Source: Verrucomicrobiota bacterium | GTDB taxonomy: Bacteria; Verrucomicrobiota; Verrucomicrobiia; Limisphaerales; J093 | Assembly (NCBI GenBank): GCA_016871715.1 | Contig: VHCO01000001.1 | Span: 18,591-82,590 of the forward strand | DNA length: 64,000 nt | Direction: 5' to 3' | Shown here: piece after piece, positions 31,201 through 40,462 of the stretch | How the letters are laid out: each line of letters starts with the position of its first letter | Position numbering within the stretch: position 1 is the stretch's first letter | The notes under the pieces: model-generated | The model's database searches: none | What the model saw: only the letters and a program-made list of their open reading frames with translations | Told to the model about the DNA's origin: nothing | Position numbers and translations under genes: made by a program

Positions 31201-33294
31201 CGGTTGCCCGGCGGACAGCTTTCGCCCAACGCCGCGCTTTATGGGGGACCCTTCGCGCTGAATGCCAATGCCCGAATCGTGGCCCGGGCCCTCAACTCGG
31301 CCCATCGGAATCTAACCGGCGCCAATAACCCGCCCCTGTCGAGTTCTTGGTCGGGTGCAGTCGCCGCCACCTATGTCGTCCGCACTCCCTCGTTGGTGAT
31401 CACCGAGATGATGTACCGCCCCGCGCCAGGCGCCACGGGCGATGCCAATGAACGCGAGAACTTCGCTTATCTCGAACTCAAGAACATCGGCACCACCGCA
31501 CTCGACTTGCCCGGCTTCCGCTTCACGCGCGGCATTCAATACACCTTTGCGGCGGGGGACGGAGTCGCCCGGCTCGAACCGGGCGGTTACCTGCTGCTGG
31601 TGAAGAACCGGGCCGCGTTCCTCTCGCGCTACCCAGGCGCCACGGTCGTCGCGGGCGAATACCAGGGCGCTCTCGAGAACGCCGGCGAACGGATCACCCT
31701 CGAGGGGCCGCTCCAAGAACCGATCCTCGACTTCACTTACGACAATCGTTGGCACCCGATCACCGACGGGCTCGGTTTCTCGTTGGTCATTCGAGAGGAA
31801 ACTGAACCGCTGGATTCCTGGGGCCAACCCACCCGTTGGCGACCTAGCACGGCCTGGGGCGGGTCGCCTGGCCAGCCCGATCCGGACCCCGTCGCGTTCC
31901 CCCAGGTCAAAATCAACGAGGCCCTCACGCACACCGACCCGCCCCAGGTCGATGCGCTCGAATTGCACAACCCCACTCCCGACGCCGCCGACGTAAGCGG
32001 CTGGTTCCTCTCCGACGACTTCGGCTCACCGCGCAAGTTTCAAGTTCCCGGCGGGACGGTCATCCCGCCGGGTGGCTTTGCAGTGTTTGACGAAGCCCAT
32101 TTCAACACCGGGCCGAACGCCTTTTCCCTCAGTTCGCTCGGGGACGAGTTGTTCCTCTTCTCCGGGGACGGCACGAATCTCACTGGCTACCACCACGGTT
32201 TCGAGTTCGGCGCGGCCGCCAACGGCATTTCGTTCGGGCGCCTGGTCACCAGTCTTGGCGAGGAACGGTTCGTGGCTCAAGCGCGCCTGACGCTGGGCGC
32301 CCCCAACGCCGGCCCGCTCGTCGGTCCGGCGGTCATCAACGAGATCATGTATCAACCGCCCCCGCTCGGCACCAACAATAACACCCTCGACGAGTTCCTC
32401 GAATTGCTCAATGTCACCTCTGGAGCGGTGCCCTTGTTCGATCCGCTGATCCCCACCAACACCTGGCGCATCCGCGGCGGCGTGGATCTCGAATTCCCAG
32501 CCCACTTCAGCCTGCCGGCTGGCGGCTTCGTCTTGCTGGTCAACTTCGATCCCGTAGGGGATCCCAGTCAGGCAGCCGCGTTCCGCTCCCGCTACGCCGT
32601 TGACGCCAGCACCCCCATCCTCGGACCCTACCGGGGCAACCTCGAGAACCGCGGCGAACGTCTCGCCCTTTATCGGCCCGATCCACCCCAAGTCGCGCCG
32701 AGCCCCGATGCCGGCCAAGTGCCCTATGTGTTGGTGGATGAAGTCCGGTACGGCAGCGAACTGCCGTGGCCAACCGACGCCCGCGGCACAGGCCGCTCGC
32801 TTCAGCGCCTCTCGATCGCCGCTTACGGCAACGACGTCGGCAACTGGCAATCGGCCAATCCCACTGCCGGCCAACTCAACGCAGTTGGGGACCTCGACAC
32901 CGATGGCGACGGCCTGCCGGACGGCTGGGAGGCCACTCATGGACTGGACTGGCGCGAACCCGGTGGCGCGCACGGCTCCGAAGCCGATCCTGACGGCGAT
33001 GGATTCACCAATGGGCAGGAGTACGTGTCAGGCACCGACCCGCGCGACGCCTCAAGCCATTTGCGTGTCGAGTGGCTCAGCGCGACCCGGGATACCGTGG
33101 TGCTGCAGTTTTCGGCTGTGGCCGGCAAGACCTACTCGGTGCTCTACCGTGACGATCTGAGAGTGGGCAGTTGGCGCAAGTTGTTGGACGTGCCGGCCCC
33201 AGCCTCGACTCTGGCCATCGAGTTGCGCGACCGCCCGCCCGGAGCCGCCCGATACTATCGGTTGGTCACCCCCGCTCAGCCTGCCGGGCCGTGA
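28243..33294 (+). CDS. giant secreted CotH-domain protein with multiple lamin-tail domains and Asp-rich calcium-binding repeats
   Basis: 1683 aa with a signal peptide. CotH core (...SFSVELWSE...HNAFAHEVSRQIGRYSPRTRFVEVYFNRTG...YNGIYVLLEKIKR). At least 4 LTD-like modules (ISEFMADND...WIELFNPT, ITEMMYRP...YLELKNIG, INEALTH...LELHNPT, INEIMYQP...FLELLNVT). Chitobiase-C-like ATIRYTLDGS. DTDGDGLPDGWE...DPDGDGFTNGQE. Shared C-terminal module (see findings). Confidence 0.85.
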   Translation: MWKHHGRMALGQWLVSLWGGVMLAHAGEIISLDSNWRWLKGFAEASSPNTTYWRTVSYDDSSWVLAPAPFWYGDAQSSPGTQLTDMRNQYTCIFLRKTFVLANVNDLSALRLDAACDDGFIAWINGHEVARFNMPAGVIPFDGWAAGAVPEPVQLESYDVADLPKFLVAGVNVLGVQVFNTTPGSSDLVFNARLTATVDDVPPRVVNLLPPAGATVRTLAQIEVGFSEPVSGVDATDLHINQTPASTVTLYAPGQYLFEFVPPATGLVQVAWAPNHGIRDLAAAANPFAGGSWGYDFNPNAPVPGVMISEFMADNDRTLNDEDGDDSDWIELFNPTAAVADLNGWYLTDTPTLLTRWRIPNVSLPPRSYLVVFASGKNRNNPVGQLHTNFRLAKETGYLALVDSRTNVVSAFGTSYPPQYTDVSYGRDRVATELLGYFPVPTPGAANSQGGPGFAPGVEFSRPGGTFITSFTLTLAASGAATIRYTLDGSLPTDASPAYSGAIPVNNTVQVRARAFAPGLLPGPPRSEAYVALNASVVNFTSDLPLLILHNFGQGNVPSSGDQFAHLSIFEPKNGYSSLTNAADLSVRAGINLRGSSTLGYAKSSFSVELWSEFDDDHDLPVLGMPAESDWVLYAPNNFEPVLIHNAFAHEVSRQIGRYSPRTRFVEVYFNRTGGAISSAHYNGIYVLLEKIKRSPDRVDVAALAPEHTTPPKVTGGYLFKIDRLDPGDGGFSAAGQRIAYVYPKEIEIETPQRDPQEQYVRNYLTSFSNALNGANYAHPLTGYAAYVDVDSWIDHHLLNVMTFNVDALRLSAYFYKPREGKLAFGPLWDFDRALGSTDGRDSNPRIWRAATGDRGTDFFNYPWWGRMFTDPDFWQRWIDRWQEFRAGQLALTNLHAIIDAMANELRQAQPREQARWNVQPRGGSYQAEVNLMKTWLSNRIDFIDTNFVSRPRLSSPGGPVQPGFTVGLAGAPGGVIYYTLDGSDPRLPGGQLSPNAALYGGPFALNANARIVARALNSAHRNLTGANNPPLSSSWSGAVAATYVVRTPSLVITEMMYRPAPGATGDANERENFAYLELKNIGTTALDLPGFRFTRGIQYTFAAGDGVARLEPGGYLLLVKNRAAFLSRYPGATVVAGEYQGALENAGERITLEGPLQEPILDFTYDNRWHPITDGLGFSLVIREETEPLDSWGQPTRWRPSTAWGGSPGQPDPDPVAFPQVKINEALTHTDPPQVDALELHNPTPDAADVSGWFLSDDFGSPRKFQVPGGTVIPPGGFAVFDEAHFNTGPNAFSLSSLGDELFLFSGDGTNLTGYHHGFEFGAAANGISFGRLVTSLGEERFVAQARLTLGAPNAGPLVGPAVINEIMYQPPPLGTNNNTLDEFLELLNVTSGAVPLFDPLIPTNTWRIRGGVDLEFPAHFSLPAGGFVLLVNFDPVGDPSQAAAFRSRYAVDASTPILGPYRGNLENRGERLALYRPDPPQVAPSPDAGQVPYVLVDEVRYGSELPWPTDARGTGRSLQRLSIAAYGNDVGNWQSANPTAGQLNAVGDLDTDGDGLPDGWEATHGLDWREPGGAHGSEADPDGDGFTNGQEYVSGTDPRDASSHLRVEWLSATRDTVVLQFSAVAGKTYSVLYRDDLRVGSWRKLLDVPAPASTLAIELRDRPPGAARYYRLVTPAQPAGP

Positions 33295-33483
33295 GCCCCT
33301 TCCACCGACCCAACCGTCACCGCGACGAACCACGGGGCCTCAGCCTGACGGCCCCTGTCACTGTCAACGATTACTAACCAGGGATTTTGAGTTTGTCAGG
33401 TTTGAAAAGTGCTGGCGTCGACAAGTCCATCCTGGCCATGCTGTTGCGCAAGTGAAAGCCAACCCGCGCAGCCAACCACCACC

Positions 33484-33750
33484 GTGCCGGTGCCGATGCC
33501 GATGCCGATGCCAAGGCCTGGGCCTACTCATCCGTCGCCGAAATGGGCTTCGAGGCGACGGCGGCGGTAGGGCGCGCAGTCCGCTGCGCGCCGCGGCCGC
33601 CAGCGCCAGTGGCCACAGCGGTTGGCGGCGCGCAATGGACTGTGCGCCCCACCTGCAGACTGTCGTCTATCCCGAGGTTTCACCAGTAAGCCTAGGCCGA
33701 GCGGCGGCGGGCGCTGCGGGCACAGCCGACATCGGCATCGGTCGCGGCGT
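33484..33750. repeat. MITE-like composite: inverted hexamer arrays flanking REP-like element copy C (core 33566-33673)
   Basis: Left array (RTGCCG)x5 at 33484-33512. Right array is its reverse complement (CGGYRY)x4 at 33727-33750. The central core is GGTAGGGCGCGCAGTCCGCTGCGCGCCGCGG...GGCGCGCAATGGACTGTGCGCCCCACCTGCAGACTGTCGTCTATCCC. Confidence 0.65.
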
Positions 33751-35356
33751 GTTGCTGGCGCTCCTGCTGTGCGTCGCCGAGCCCCTGCTGGCCGCGACGG
33801 CACCTGCGGTTGCTCTGGAAGCCCCAGCGAGGGCGCGACGCTTCGAGGTGGCGGAGTTCGTCGTGCGGGTGGCGGAACCGCCGTTCCGCAACCCGTTTAC
33901 GGAAGCGGAACTGACCGGTGTGTTCACCGCTGGTGACGGGTCGCAGCGCGTGGCCGGGTTCGCGGACACGCCGGATGGCAGCGTCTTCCGTTTGCGCTTC
34001 TCGCCTGCGCTGGCCGGCGCGGAGTATCACTACGAGCTGAGGCTACAGGGTGGCGGGTTGGACCGGCGCTTCACAGGCAAACTGCGGTGCGAGCCCTCCG
34101 AGCGAGAAGGCCCAGTGATCGTGGACCCGGCACGGCCCAAGCACTTCCTGTACGCCGGTTCGCGGCGGCCGTTTTACCACCTCGGCTACACTGCCTATCA
34201 CCTCCTCGATCCGTCCAATGACGACGCGCAGGTCGAGGTCACGATCGATTATGCCGTGCGGCATGGCTTCAACAAGATCCGGTTTCTGCTCACGGGTTAC
34301 CCGCGTGACTTCGACCGGCGCACCAGCAGGGATGTCGAGCACGGCGTGGACGATCCTTGGAAGGCTCCCAACTACGGCGCCAAGCCCGGCCAAGTGAACC
34401 CGTTGCCAGCGTGGGTGGGCCAGCCGCATCGATACGACTTCACCCGGTTCAATGTCGACCACTGGCGGCGGGTGGACCGCGCGGTGGGGCGGATGCGGGA
34501 GCGCGGGTTGGTGGCCACGTGCATTGTCACCATCGAGAAGCAGAACCTGCCGCAGGAATATGGCCGCTGGACCGAGCACGAGCTGCGTCTGTACCGCTAC
34601 GCCGTCGCTCGGCTGGCGGCGTTCGACAATGTCTGGTGGGACTTGGGCAACGAACACAACGAATTCCGCGATGTCGCCTGGGGCAACCGCATGGGCGCGC
34701 TGGTCAAGGAAGCGGACCCGTTCGGCCGCCTCGCCTCGGCGCATGCCTATGCCGAGTTCGCCTACGGCGATTCGCCGTGGGCCGACTTCATCATCACCCA
34801 GCAGTACGGCACCGAGCAGCAGGTGCACGATTGGGCGCTCAAGCACTGGGCCATCCCGAAACCCTACGTCAACGAGGAATACGGCTACGAGGGCGACGCT
34901 GACAAGCCGGGGCACGCCCAGAGCCGCGACTGGACACGGCGCTGTCACTGGGCGATTGCCCTAGCCGGCGGTTACGCGACCTACGGCGATTGGAGCGGTG
35001 GGGTGAGTTACTTCTACATGGGCGACCCGGGGCCCGGGAAGGCCGCGGTCGAGCTCAAGCACCTGCGGACGTTCTTCGAGGCGCTGCCCTTCAGCGATTT
35101 GACGCCCCACAACCGCCTGACCAGCCAAGGCTTCTGCCTGGCGCGACCGCCCACGCACTACGTCTTCTATTTCCCGCGCGGCGGCTCGGCCGAACTCGAC
35201 CTGGCCGGCGCCTCGGTCCCACAACTCGCAGCGCGATGGTTCGATCCGCGGACCGGCCAGTGGCGGGAGGGACCGAGCCTGCGGCCCGGCAAGCACGCCG
35301 TGCAAGCGCCCACGCAACAGGACTGGGTGTTCCTGGTCGAGGGCCAGTCGAACTGA
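33749..35356 (+). CDS. secreted DUF5060/DUF4038-type glycoside hydrolase (GH5/GH140-like TIM barrel); start uncertain
   Basis: ORF 33452..35356. The first 99 codons translate the repeat element (CRCRCRCRC...), so I place the start provisionally at in-frame GTG 33749 (VLLALLLCVAEPLLAATAPA signal). RFEVAEFVVRV...YHYELRL (DUF5060-like). FYHLGYTAYHLL, WWDLGNEHNEF (catalytic NE). ARWFDPRTGQW...DWVFLVEG tail. Confidence 0.7.
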   Translation: MLLALLLCVAEPLLAATAPAVALEAPARARRFEVAEFVVRVAEPPFRNPFTEAELTGVFTAGDGSQRVAGFADTPDGSVFRLRFSPALAGAEYHYELRLQGGGLDRRFTGKLRCEPSEREGPVIVDPARPKHFLYAGSRRPFYHLGYTAYHLLDPSNDDAQVEVTIDYAVRHGFNKIRFLLTGYPRDFDRRTSRDVEHGVDDPWKAPNYGAKPGQVNPLPAWVGQPHRYDFTRFNVDHWRRVDRAVGRMRERGLVATCIVTIEKQNLPQEYGRWTEHELRLYRYAVARLAAFDNVWWDLGNEHNEFRDVAWGNRMGALVKEADPFGRLASAHAYAEFAYGDSPWADFIITQQYGTEQQVHDWALKHWAIPKPYVNEEYGYEGDADKPGHAQSRDWTRRCHWAIALAGGYATYGDWSGGVSYFYMGDPGPGKAAVELKHLRTFFEALPFSDLTPHNRLTSQGFCLARPPTHYVFYFPRGGSAELDLAGASVPQLAARWFDPRTGQWREGPSLRPGKHAVQAPTQQDWVFLVEGQSN

Positions 35357-35381
35357 CCAGTGGGGGGCAATGGGGTCGTGT

Positions 35382-37670
35382 CTACTCCTTAGCTGCGACC
35401 CCATCTGCCTGAACCAGGAAGACCGATCTCAGGTGCGGCACGGCAAGCCGGACGCGGGTGAGTTCGGTTCCTGCGTGGGTCGAGTGGGCGACCTGGATCG
35501 GGTGGACCTCTCCAGTGTGCGGATCCCACAGATCGAGTTCCCGACGCCCCCGCAGGGTAACGACACTCTCCGCCAGGTCGGGGTCGAGGTTGGCGAAGTA
35601 GTACACGTCCCGGCCGTCCCACCGCTTGTGCAGATAACGCAGGGTGTGGCCGGGCTCGAAGGAGACGTCGTAGTGGGGACGGGCGAGGTCGAGCGCCTGG
35701 CGCAGCGTTTCGGCAGTCAATGTGCGCAGGCGAATGGCGCAACCACCTCGATCGTTGCGAACGACCTCCAGCGCAGACGCGGCGCCGGTCGCGGGCGGCG
35801 GTGTGCCCAACATCGCCGCGACGGCCTCCCGCACATCGGCATCGTGCCCGAACTCGGCCGACTTCGATGGCAGTTGGCCCGTGGCGATGACCCTGCCGCC
35901 TTGCTGGTAAAAGGACAGGATCCGCTTAAGACTGCTCCAGTGGATGGTCTGGTGTCCCGGCAGGATCAGGACGCTGAACCGGCCCGGATGCCGCCGGTTG
36001 GGCAGGAGCAGTTCGTCGCCCTCGAGGCGGCATTTGCCCGCCAAAACGTCCGGGTGGATGAAGGTGAAATCTCGTCCCACCTGGTTCGAGAGCAACTCGG
36101 CCACCTCCACATAGTCCGCCTCCGGCACGGCCACGCCTCCGGCGTAATAGCCCAGCGGACCGTCCAGGCGATGACTCCCCTGGAGCGTCGCGATGGGATA
36201 GAGCAGGGCGACGTCGGCGACGTGGCTGGCGTCGTTCTGGAGCAGGACGTTCAACCGGGCCACGTAGGTGTTGAACTCGGGCAGGCGGTCGGCATAACGG
36301 GGATGGCGCCAGGAGAGCTCGGGCTTGAAGGTGACGTGGGCGTTGTCGTACCAGACGGCGTGTGGGATCAGGAGGTTGATGCCCTTGGCATACTGTTCCA
36401 TGGCGACGGCGTAAATGGCCTCCCAGGACAGGTCGCCCATCGCGCCGTAGGTCTCGGACATCACCAAGGACCGGTCCCAATTGTAGGCGGCGGAACTGAC
36501 GATCTTGTAGAACCGTTCGGCCGGACGATCGCCGCCGATCTTGTCGATCCCGGGGATCTCGAGGTGCTGGAAACACTTCATCAGGTCGCCCGAGACCGAC
36601 ACGGGATTGACCACCTCCTCCTGGTCCTGGTGCCCAGTCGCCATGACGCGGTGCTGCGTACACCAATCCTGGATGCGCTTGGTGAAGCCGGTCGCGTAGA
36701 GCTCGGCCCGAAACCCGAAGAGATAGTTGCGCGCCGCCTGGGTCTCGGGGCCGATGTCATACCACAGCGCCGGGTAGTAAGGGCGCGGACTGAAGCCGTG
36801 CCGGGCCTCGAATTTCTCGTTGAACCGGGGCGTCCAGGTCCGCCCGGCCGCGCGGTAGAGCGTTGGCTCGTCGAAGAAGGTCGAGTCGATCGTGGTGCCG
36901 AAATGGGCGGCGAACCGGTCGTAGTAGGCTTGATGAGTGATCTCGATGAAACGATCGGCTGCCTCGGGATCCAGATAATCGCAGATGGGATCGCCGTCCT
37001 TCACGCACAGGAAGGCCATGACTCTCCAGCGACCGGCGGGTGCCGTCCACTCGAACGCCCCTTGCCGCGCGGCGTCCGTCAGATCCACCCGATCGAGGGT
37101 GGTCAGGTTCATCGCCACCAACGCGGACAGCTTGCCGGGCGGCAGATTCGTCCCGAACCGCACCGGGCCAGCCACCTCCCACTCGTGTTTGTCCAAGCGT
37201 CGGATGGTGAGTTCCGGCCACCGCTGCGCGAACAGGCTCGTGTCGCTCGAGTTCTGCGCCCCGGCGGAGCCGCTGGGGAAACCGTACTCGTCGTAGAGGG
37301 ACAGGGTGAGCCCCAGGGCTTGGGCCTGCTGCAGCGCGGCGCTGTACACGGCAAAGTAATCCTCGCTCAGATAGGCGGGAGCGAACTTCTTTCCAAAGGG
37401 CAGGATGCCAAAGCCGCCGTATCGGCAGCGGTCTCGGGCCAGGCGCATCTGCTCCTTCACGGTCTCGGCCGTCACCGGCGTGTTGTTCCAGAACCAGAGC
37501 GGGCGCGGCCAGTAACGCTGAGGCGGTCGGGCGAAGTCTGCACGCAGGCGTTCGTTCCAGACGACGGCATCGGCCCGGAGGACCGCGATCAGGATCGAAC
37601 AAGCCGCCAGTGCAGTCACGAGCCGGTCGATCCGCCGGGCGCCGCTGAAAATGGACATCATGAATCTCAT
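35382..37670 (-). CDS. secreted glycoside hydrolase of uncertain family (WFWNN-type N-terminus, possibly GH106-like)
   Basis: ORF 35382..37757 trimmed to ATG 37670 (MRFMMSIFSG... signal anchor). PRPLWFWNNTPVTAETVKEQMRLARDRCRYGGFGILPF...LYDEYGFPSG. 762 aa, continuous, no stops. Confidence 0.75.
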   Translation of the reverse strand: MRFMMSIFSGARRIDRLVTALAACSILIAVLRADAVVWNERLRADFARPPQRYWPRPLWFWNNTPVTAETVKEQMRLARDRCRYGGFGILPFGKKFAPAYLSEDYFAVYSAALQQAQALGLTLSLYDEYGFPSGSAGAQNSSDTSLFAQRWPELTIRRLDKHEWEVAGPVRFGTNLPPGKLSALVAMNLTTLDRVDLTDAARQGAFEWTAPAGRWRVMAFLCVKDGDPICDYLDPEAADRFIEITHQAYYDRFAAHFGTTIDSTFFDEPTLYRAAGRTWTPRFNEKFEARHGFSPRPYYPALWYDIGPETQAARNYLFGFRAELYATGFTKRIQDWCTQHRVMATGHQDQEEVVNPVSVSGDLMKCFQHLEIPGIDKIGGDRPAERFYKIVSSAAYNWDRSLVMSETYGAMGDLSWEAIYAVAMEQYAKGINLLIPHAVWYDNAHVTFKPELSWRHPRYADRLPEFNTYVARLNVLLQNDASHVADVALLYPIATLQGSHRLDGPLGYYAGGVAVPEADYVEVAELLSNQVGRDFTFIHPDVLAGKCRLEGDELLLPNRRHPGRFSVLILPGHQTIHWSSLKRILSFYQQGGRVIATGQLPSKSAEFGHDADVREAVAAMLGTPPPATGAASALEVVRNDRGGCAIRLRTLTAETLRQALDLARPHYDVSFEPGHTLRYLHKRWDGRDVYYFANLDPDLAESVVTLRGRRELDLWDPHTGEVHPIQVAHSTHAGTELTRVRLAVPHLRSVFLVQADGVAAKE

Positions 37671-37863
37671 GGGCCGGTCTTGAGTGTGGCCACAGGATAG
37701 GGAGCCTCCCGCCCCGGGGCAATCCAGAACGCCAGTCGGCCGAGAGCGCGCAATCAACTCCCGTCCTTCCGACTCAGCCAGCCGTAGCCAATCGGCATCC
37801 GCCCAGCACCGCCGGCCAGCTACATGCTCGAGTGCCTTCTCGAGCTTCGCTGAACCGGTCCGT

Positions 37864-38892
37864 TTACTTGCTGGTTGGCGCGAGCGTGTAGTACTCGTTG
37901 GTCACGGTCCAGGTGAACTCGTCGCCGGGCGGGATGTTCATAGCGATGAAGGGTTCCATCGACAGCACCGTGCGGATCGACCACAACGCGTGATGCGAGA
38001 GCGGACGGTTTGCCGTGATGCGCAGGCCGGCGCCCACGCGGCGGTTTTCGATGCGGATCTCGTGGTCTTGCACGCTGTCGCCAAATCCCAGGACCGGCGT
38101 TGCCACCACGTCCCGGTCGGTGAGCGTTTTCAAATAAACAATCTGGTTCCCACGCAGCGTGGCCAACTCCGGGTTCGGCGGCCGCGGTGACTGAATCGTG
38201 TAAGGCACGGCGATGGTGAAGTCTGGGCCGGGCGGTTGCCGGTCGAGCACCAGGAAGTTGTGATTGTAGACGCTGGTCTGGATGGCGCGGCGTCCGGTGT
38301 TCTTGAGCCGATGCTCGAGCACCAACTCGGGCTTGCCCTCGGTCAACCGCACCACCTTCCGGTACTCGTAACCATAGCCCGTGGCCGGGTCGCTCAGTTC
38401 ATGGGTGAACTGGACCGCCGCGGGACGCGTCGCGACCGTCCACTTGCCGGGGTCCACCGTCTCGTACAGTTTGGCGAAATAATAAGGCTCGCTGTCTTTA
38501 CGTAGGACGCCCACGCCGATCTTGATGAAGGTCTCGCCTGGTTTGGCCTCGTCCCAGCCGAGCGCACTGCCGTTGGTCTGGAACTCCTCCGCCGGCCCAG
38601 TCACCGCCGAGCACGGTCCGGCGACGATTGCCTGGCCCTGGTAGATGAAATCGCGCACGTCCGGGTCCATGCGGTCGAACCAGGGTCCGTAGTAGTTGTG
38701 CCCCTGGAATTCGAGGCTGGCGATGACGCCCGACCAATCGAACCGGGTGCCCCGATAGAAACCGCGCTGGGCGTCGGGCAGATAGAGCTTGGCGCGGATG
38801 GGGCCGTTGGTGATTTCGACCTGAGGAAAATCGGCCGCGAACCCAAGGCCCGCACTTAAGCTAAGACAAGTCATACCAAGAATGGTTTTCAT
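37864..38892 (-). CDS. secreted hypothetical protein (beta-sandwich, possibly mutarotase-like)
   Basis: ORF 37864..38919 trimmed to ATG 38892 (MKTILGMTCLSLSAGLGFAADF signal). No recognisable catalytic motif. Sits in a carbohydrate-enzyme neighbourhood. Confidence 0.65.
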   Translation of the reverse strand: MKTILGMTCLSLSAGLGFAADFPQVEITNGPIRAKLYLPDAQRGFYRGTRFDWSGVIASLEFQGHNYYGPWFDRMDPDVRDFIYQGQAIVAGPCSAVTGPAEEFQTNGSALGWDEAKPGETFIKIGVGVLRKDSEPYYFAKLYETVDPGKWTVATRPAAVQFTHELSDPATGYGYEYRKVVRLTEGKPELVLEHRLKNTGRRAIQTSVYNHNFLVLDRQPPGPDFTIAVPYTIQSPRPPNPELATLRGNQIVYLKTLTDRDVVATPVLGFGDSVQDHEIRIENRRVGAGLRITANRPLSHHALWSIRTVLSMEPFIAMNIPPGDEFTWTVTNEYYTLAPTSK

Positions 38893-38951
38893 GCAGATCG
38901 GAGATTGAGGTCGATTCACTCATGAGTCACCGAGACGGACGACCAGTCGGC

Positions 38952-39054
38952 GATACGGCGCGCCGTCCTCTGCGTGCCGCGGACTCTCGTGTCCACAGCG
39001 GTTTGCGGCGCGCAGAGGACTGCGCGCTCTGCCGGCAGACGGATCGTCTATCCC
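38952..39054 (+). repeat. REP-like palindromic element copy D (degenerate)
   Basis: GATACGGCGCGCCGTCCTCTGCGTGCCGCGG...GGCGCGCAGAGGACTGCGCGCTCTGCCGGCAGACGGATCGTCTATCCC. Lies in the gap between two minus-strand genes. Confidence 0.8.
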
Positions 39055-39060
39055 ACGCGC

Positions 39061-39930
39061 TCATCGGTTGGGCCCAGGCGGTTGGCCCGGGTGCCAAATC
39101 GTCGCGACAATGTATCGATCGCTCTGGGGGCGGTCGTGGAAATAATACACCGTGAGGATCTTTCCGTCCGGCCGCTGGACGGTCCGCGGGTAGCCCACAT
39201 CGCGCCCGCCGCCGTCGTCGCGCAGGACGATTTCAGGGTCCCAGGTTCGCCCGCCGTCGGTGGTTCGGGCGCAGAACGGCCGGCCTTCGCGGCCATTTGG
39301 CTTCGACGCGGTGAGAAACAGGAGGCAATCCTGTGGGCCATCGACGAGGTAATCCGTCCGCGCCGCCACCCCGACCTGGCCGAAGAGTGGCAAGCCGAAG
39401 GGCCCTTCCCACGAATGACCGCGGTCGATCGAGTAGTAGAACCTCGAGGGGCCCGCATGAACGTCCGTCATGCGTAGGGTTAACGCGAAATCAGGGTGGC
39501 TGAAATCGATCCCGCCGGGAGACTCGCGCCAGGGCCGCTCCTTGAGCCCCGGCCGCGCGACGCCGTGGAGGGCGGTTCCTGCGGGGATGAGCGCGCCCTG
39601 GGCGGCTGGATTCTCGATCGTCCAGGTCTCGCCGCCGTCGCGGCTGCGGGCGAGCAAATGCTCCTCAGGCTTGCCGCGGTGGATGTGGTGGCGATCCGGT
39701 CCCAGGTCCCGGTAGTAACCCGCGCTGAAGCCGACTAAGACTTCATTGCCCCACGCCCAAAGGCCGTGGTTAGCCGGCCAACCGCCAAAGCGCCCAGGCT
39801 CGGCGTACACTTTCACGTGGTGCACTTCGGCGTCAGCCGAGCCGACCCCAGGTGCGGCCAGCAACCCGGCGCACCACCACACTCCGAGCCCTCCGAGCCG
39901 AGTTGGCCATCGAGTCGTTGCGGAGGTCAT
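39061..39930 (-). CDS. BNR/Asp-box repeat protein, exo-alpha-sialidase-like
   Basis: Signal LGGLGVWWCAGLLAAPGVGSA. Three Asp-boxes: SRDGGETW, SIDRGHSW, TTDGGRTW. 289 aa. Confidence 0.75.
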   Translation of the reverse strand: MTSATTRWPTRLGGLGVWWCAGLLAAPGVGSADAEVHHVKVYAEPGRFGGWPANHGLWAWGNEVLVGFSAGYYRDLGPDRHHIHRGKPEEHLLARSRDGGETWTIENPAAQGALIPAGTALHGVARPGLKERPWRESPGGIDFSHPDFALTLRMTDVHAGPSRFYYSIDRGHSWEGPFGLPLFGQVGVAARTDYLVDGPQDCLLFLTASKPNGREGRPFCARTTDGGRTWDPEIVLRDDGGGRDVGYPRTVQRPDGKILTVYYFHDRPQSDRYIVATIWHPGQPPGPNR

Positions 39931-40462
39931 GGCTGGACTGTCCCGGAATCGACTGCTCCTGACAAGCGCCGAGAGTCCTCGGGCCCCGAGCTAGGGTCGA
40001 GACCAGGGTCTGGAGGCGGGCTGCACAGGCCCGGCCGGGGGAACCAAGACCTCTGAATTGCCCGCCAGCTCCGGAGAGAGTTAGTCCGCCCGAATCGGAC
40101 AGAGGTTCGGGGTGAAGAAGCCCAGCCCGAGCTTGGCTCCTTGGCAACCCCTTGCTTGGAGGTGTGCGTCCAGGGCGGCTCTGAGACCCCAAGTGTTCTG
40201 CGGGAGAAGCACTTGGCGGATCCGTGGCGTTAACAGCCCATGAATGTAATAGGCCAGAGTATTCATACTTGACACGGGTCGTCTTGCGTGGAGGTGAGTG
40301 CTCCAGGGAGGGGAGAGTGTCGTTGGAGCCGCCGCCTGGTAAGCGCCGGCCGTGTGGTCCTGCGTTTAATAAACCATGATCATAGAACTTGACATCTCTA
40401 CCCCGTTTCGCCTTGAACAGCCTCCCCTCGCCGGACACACTCCGGCCACATCGAAAGAGGAA

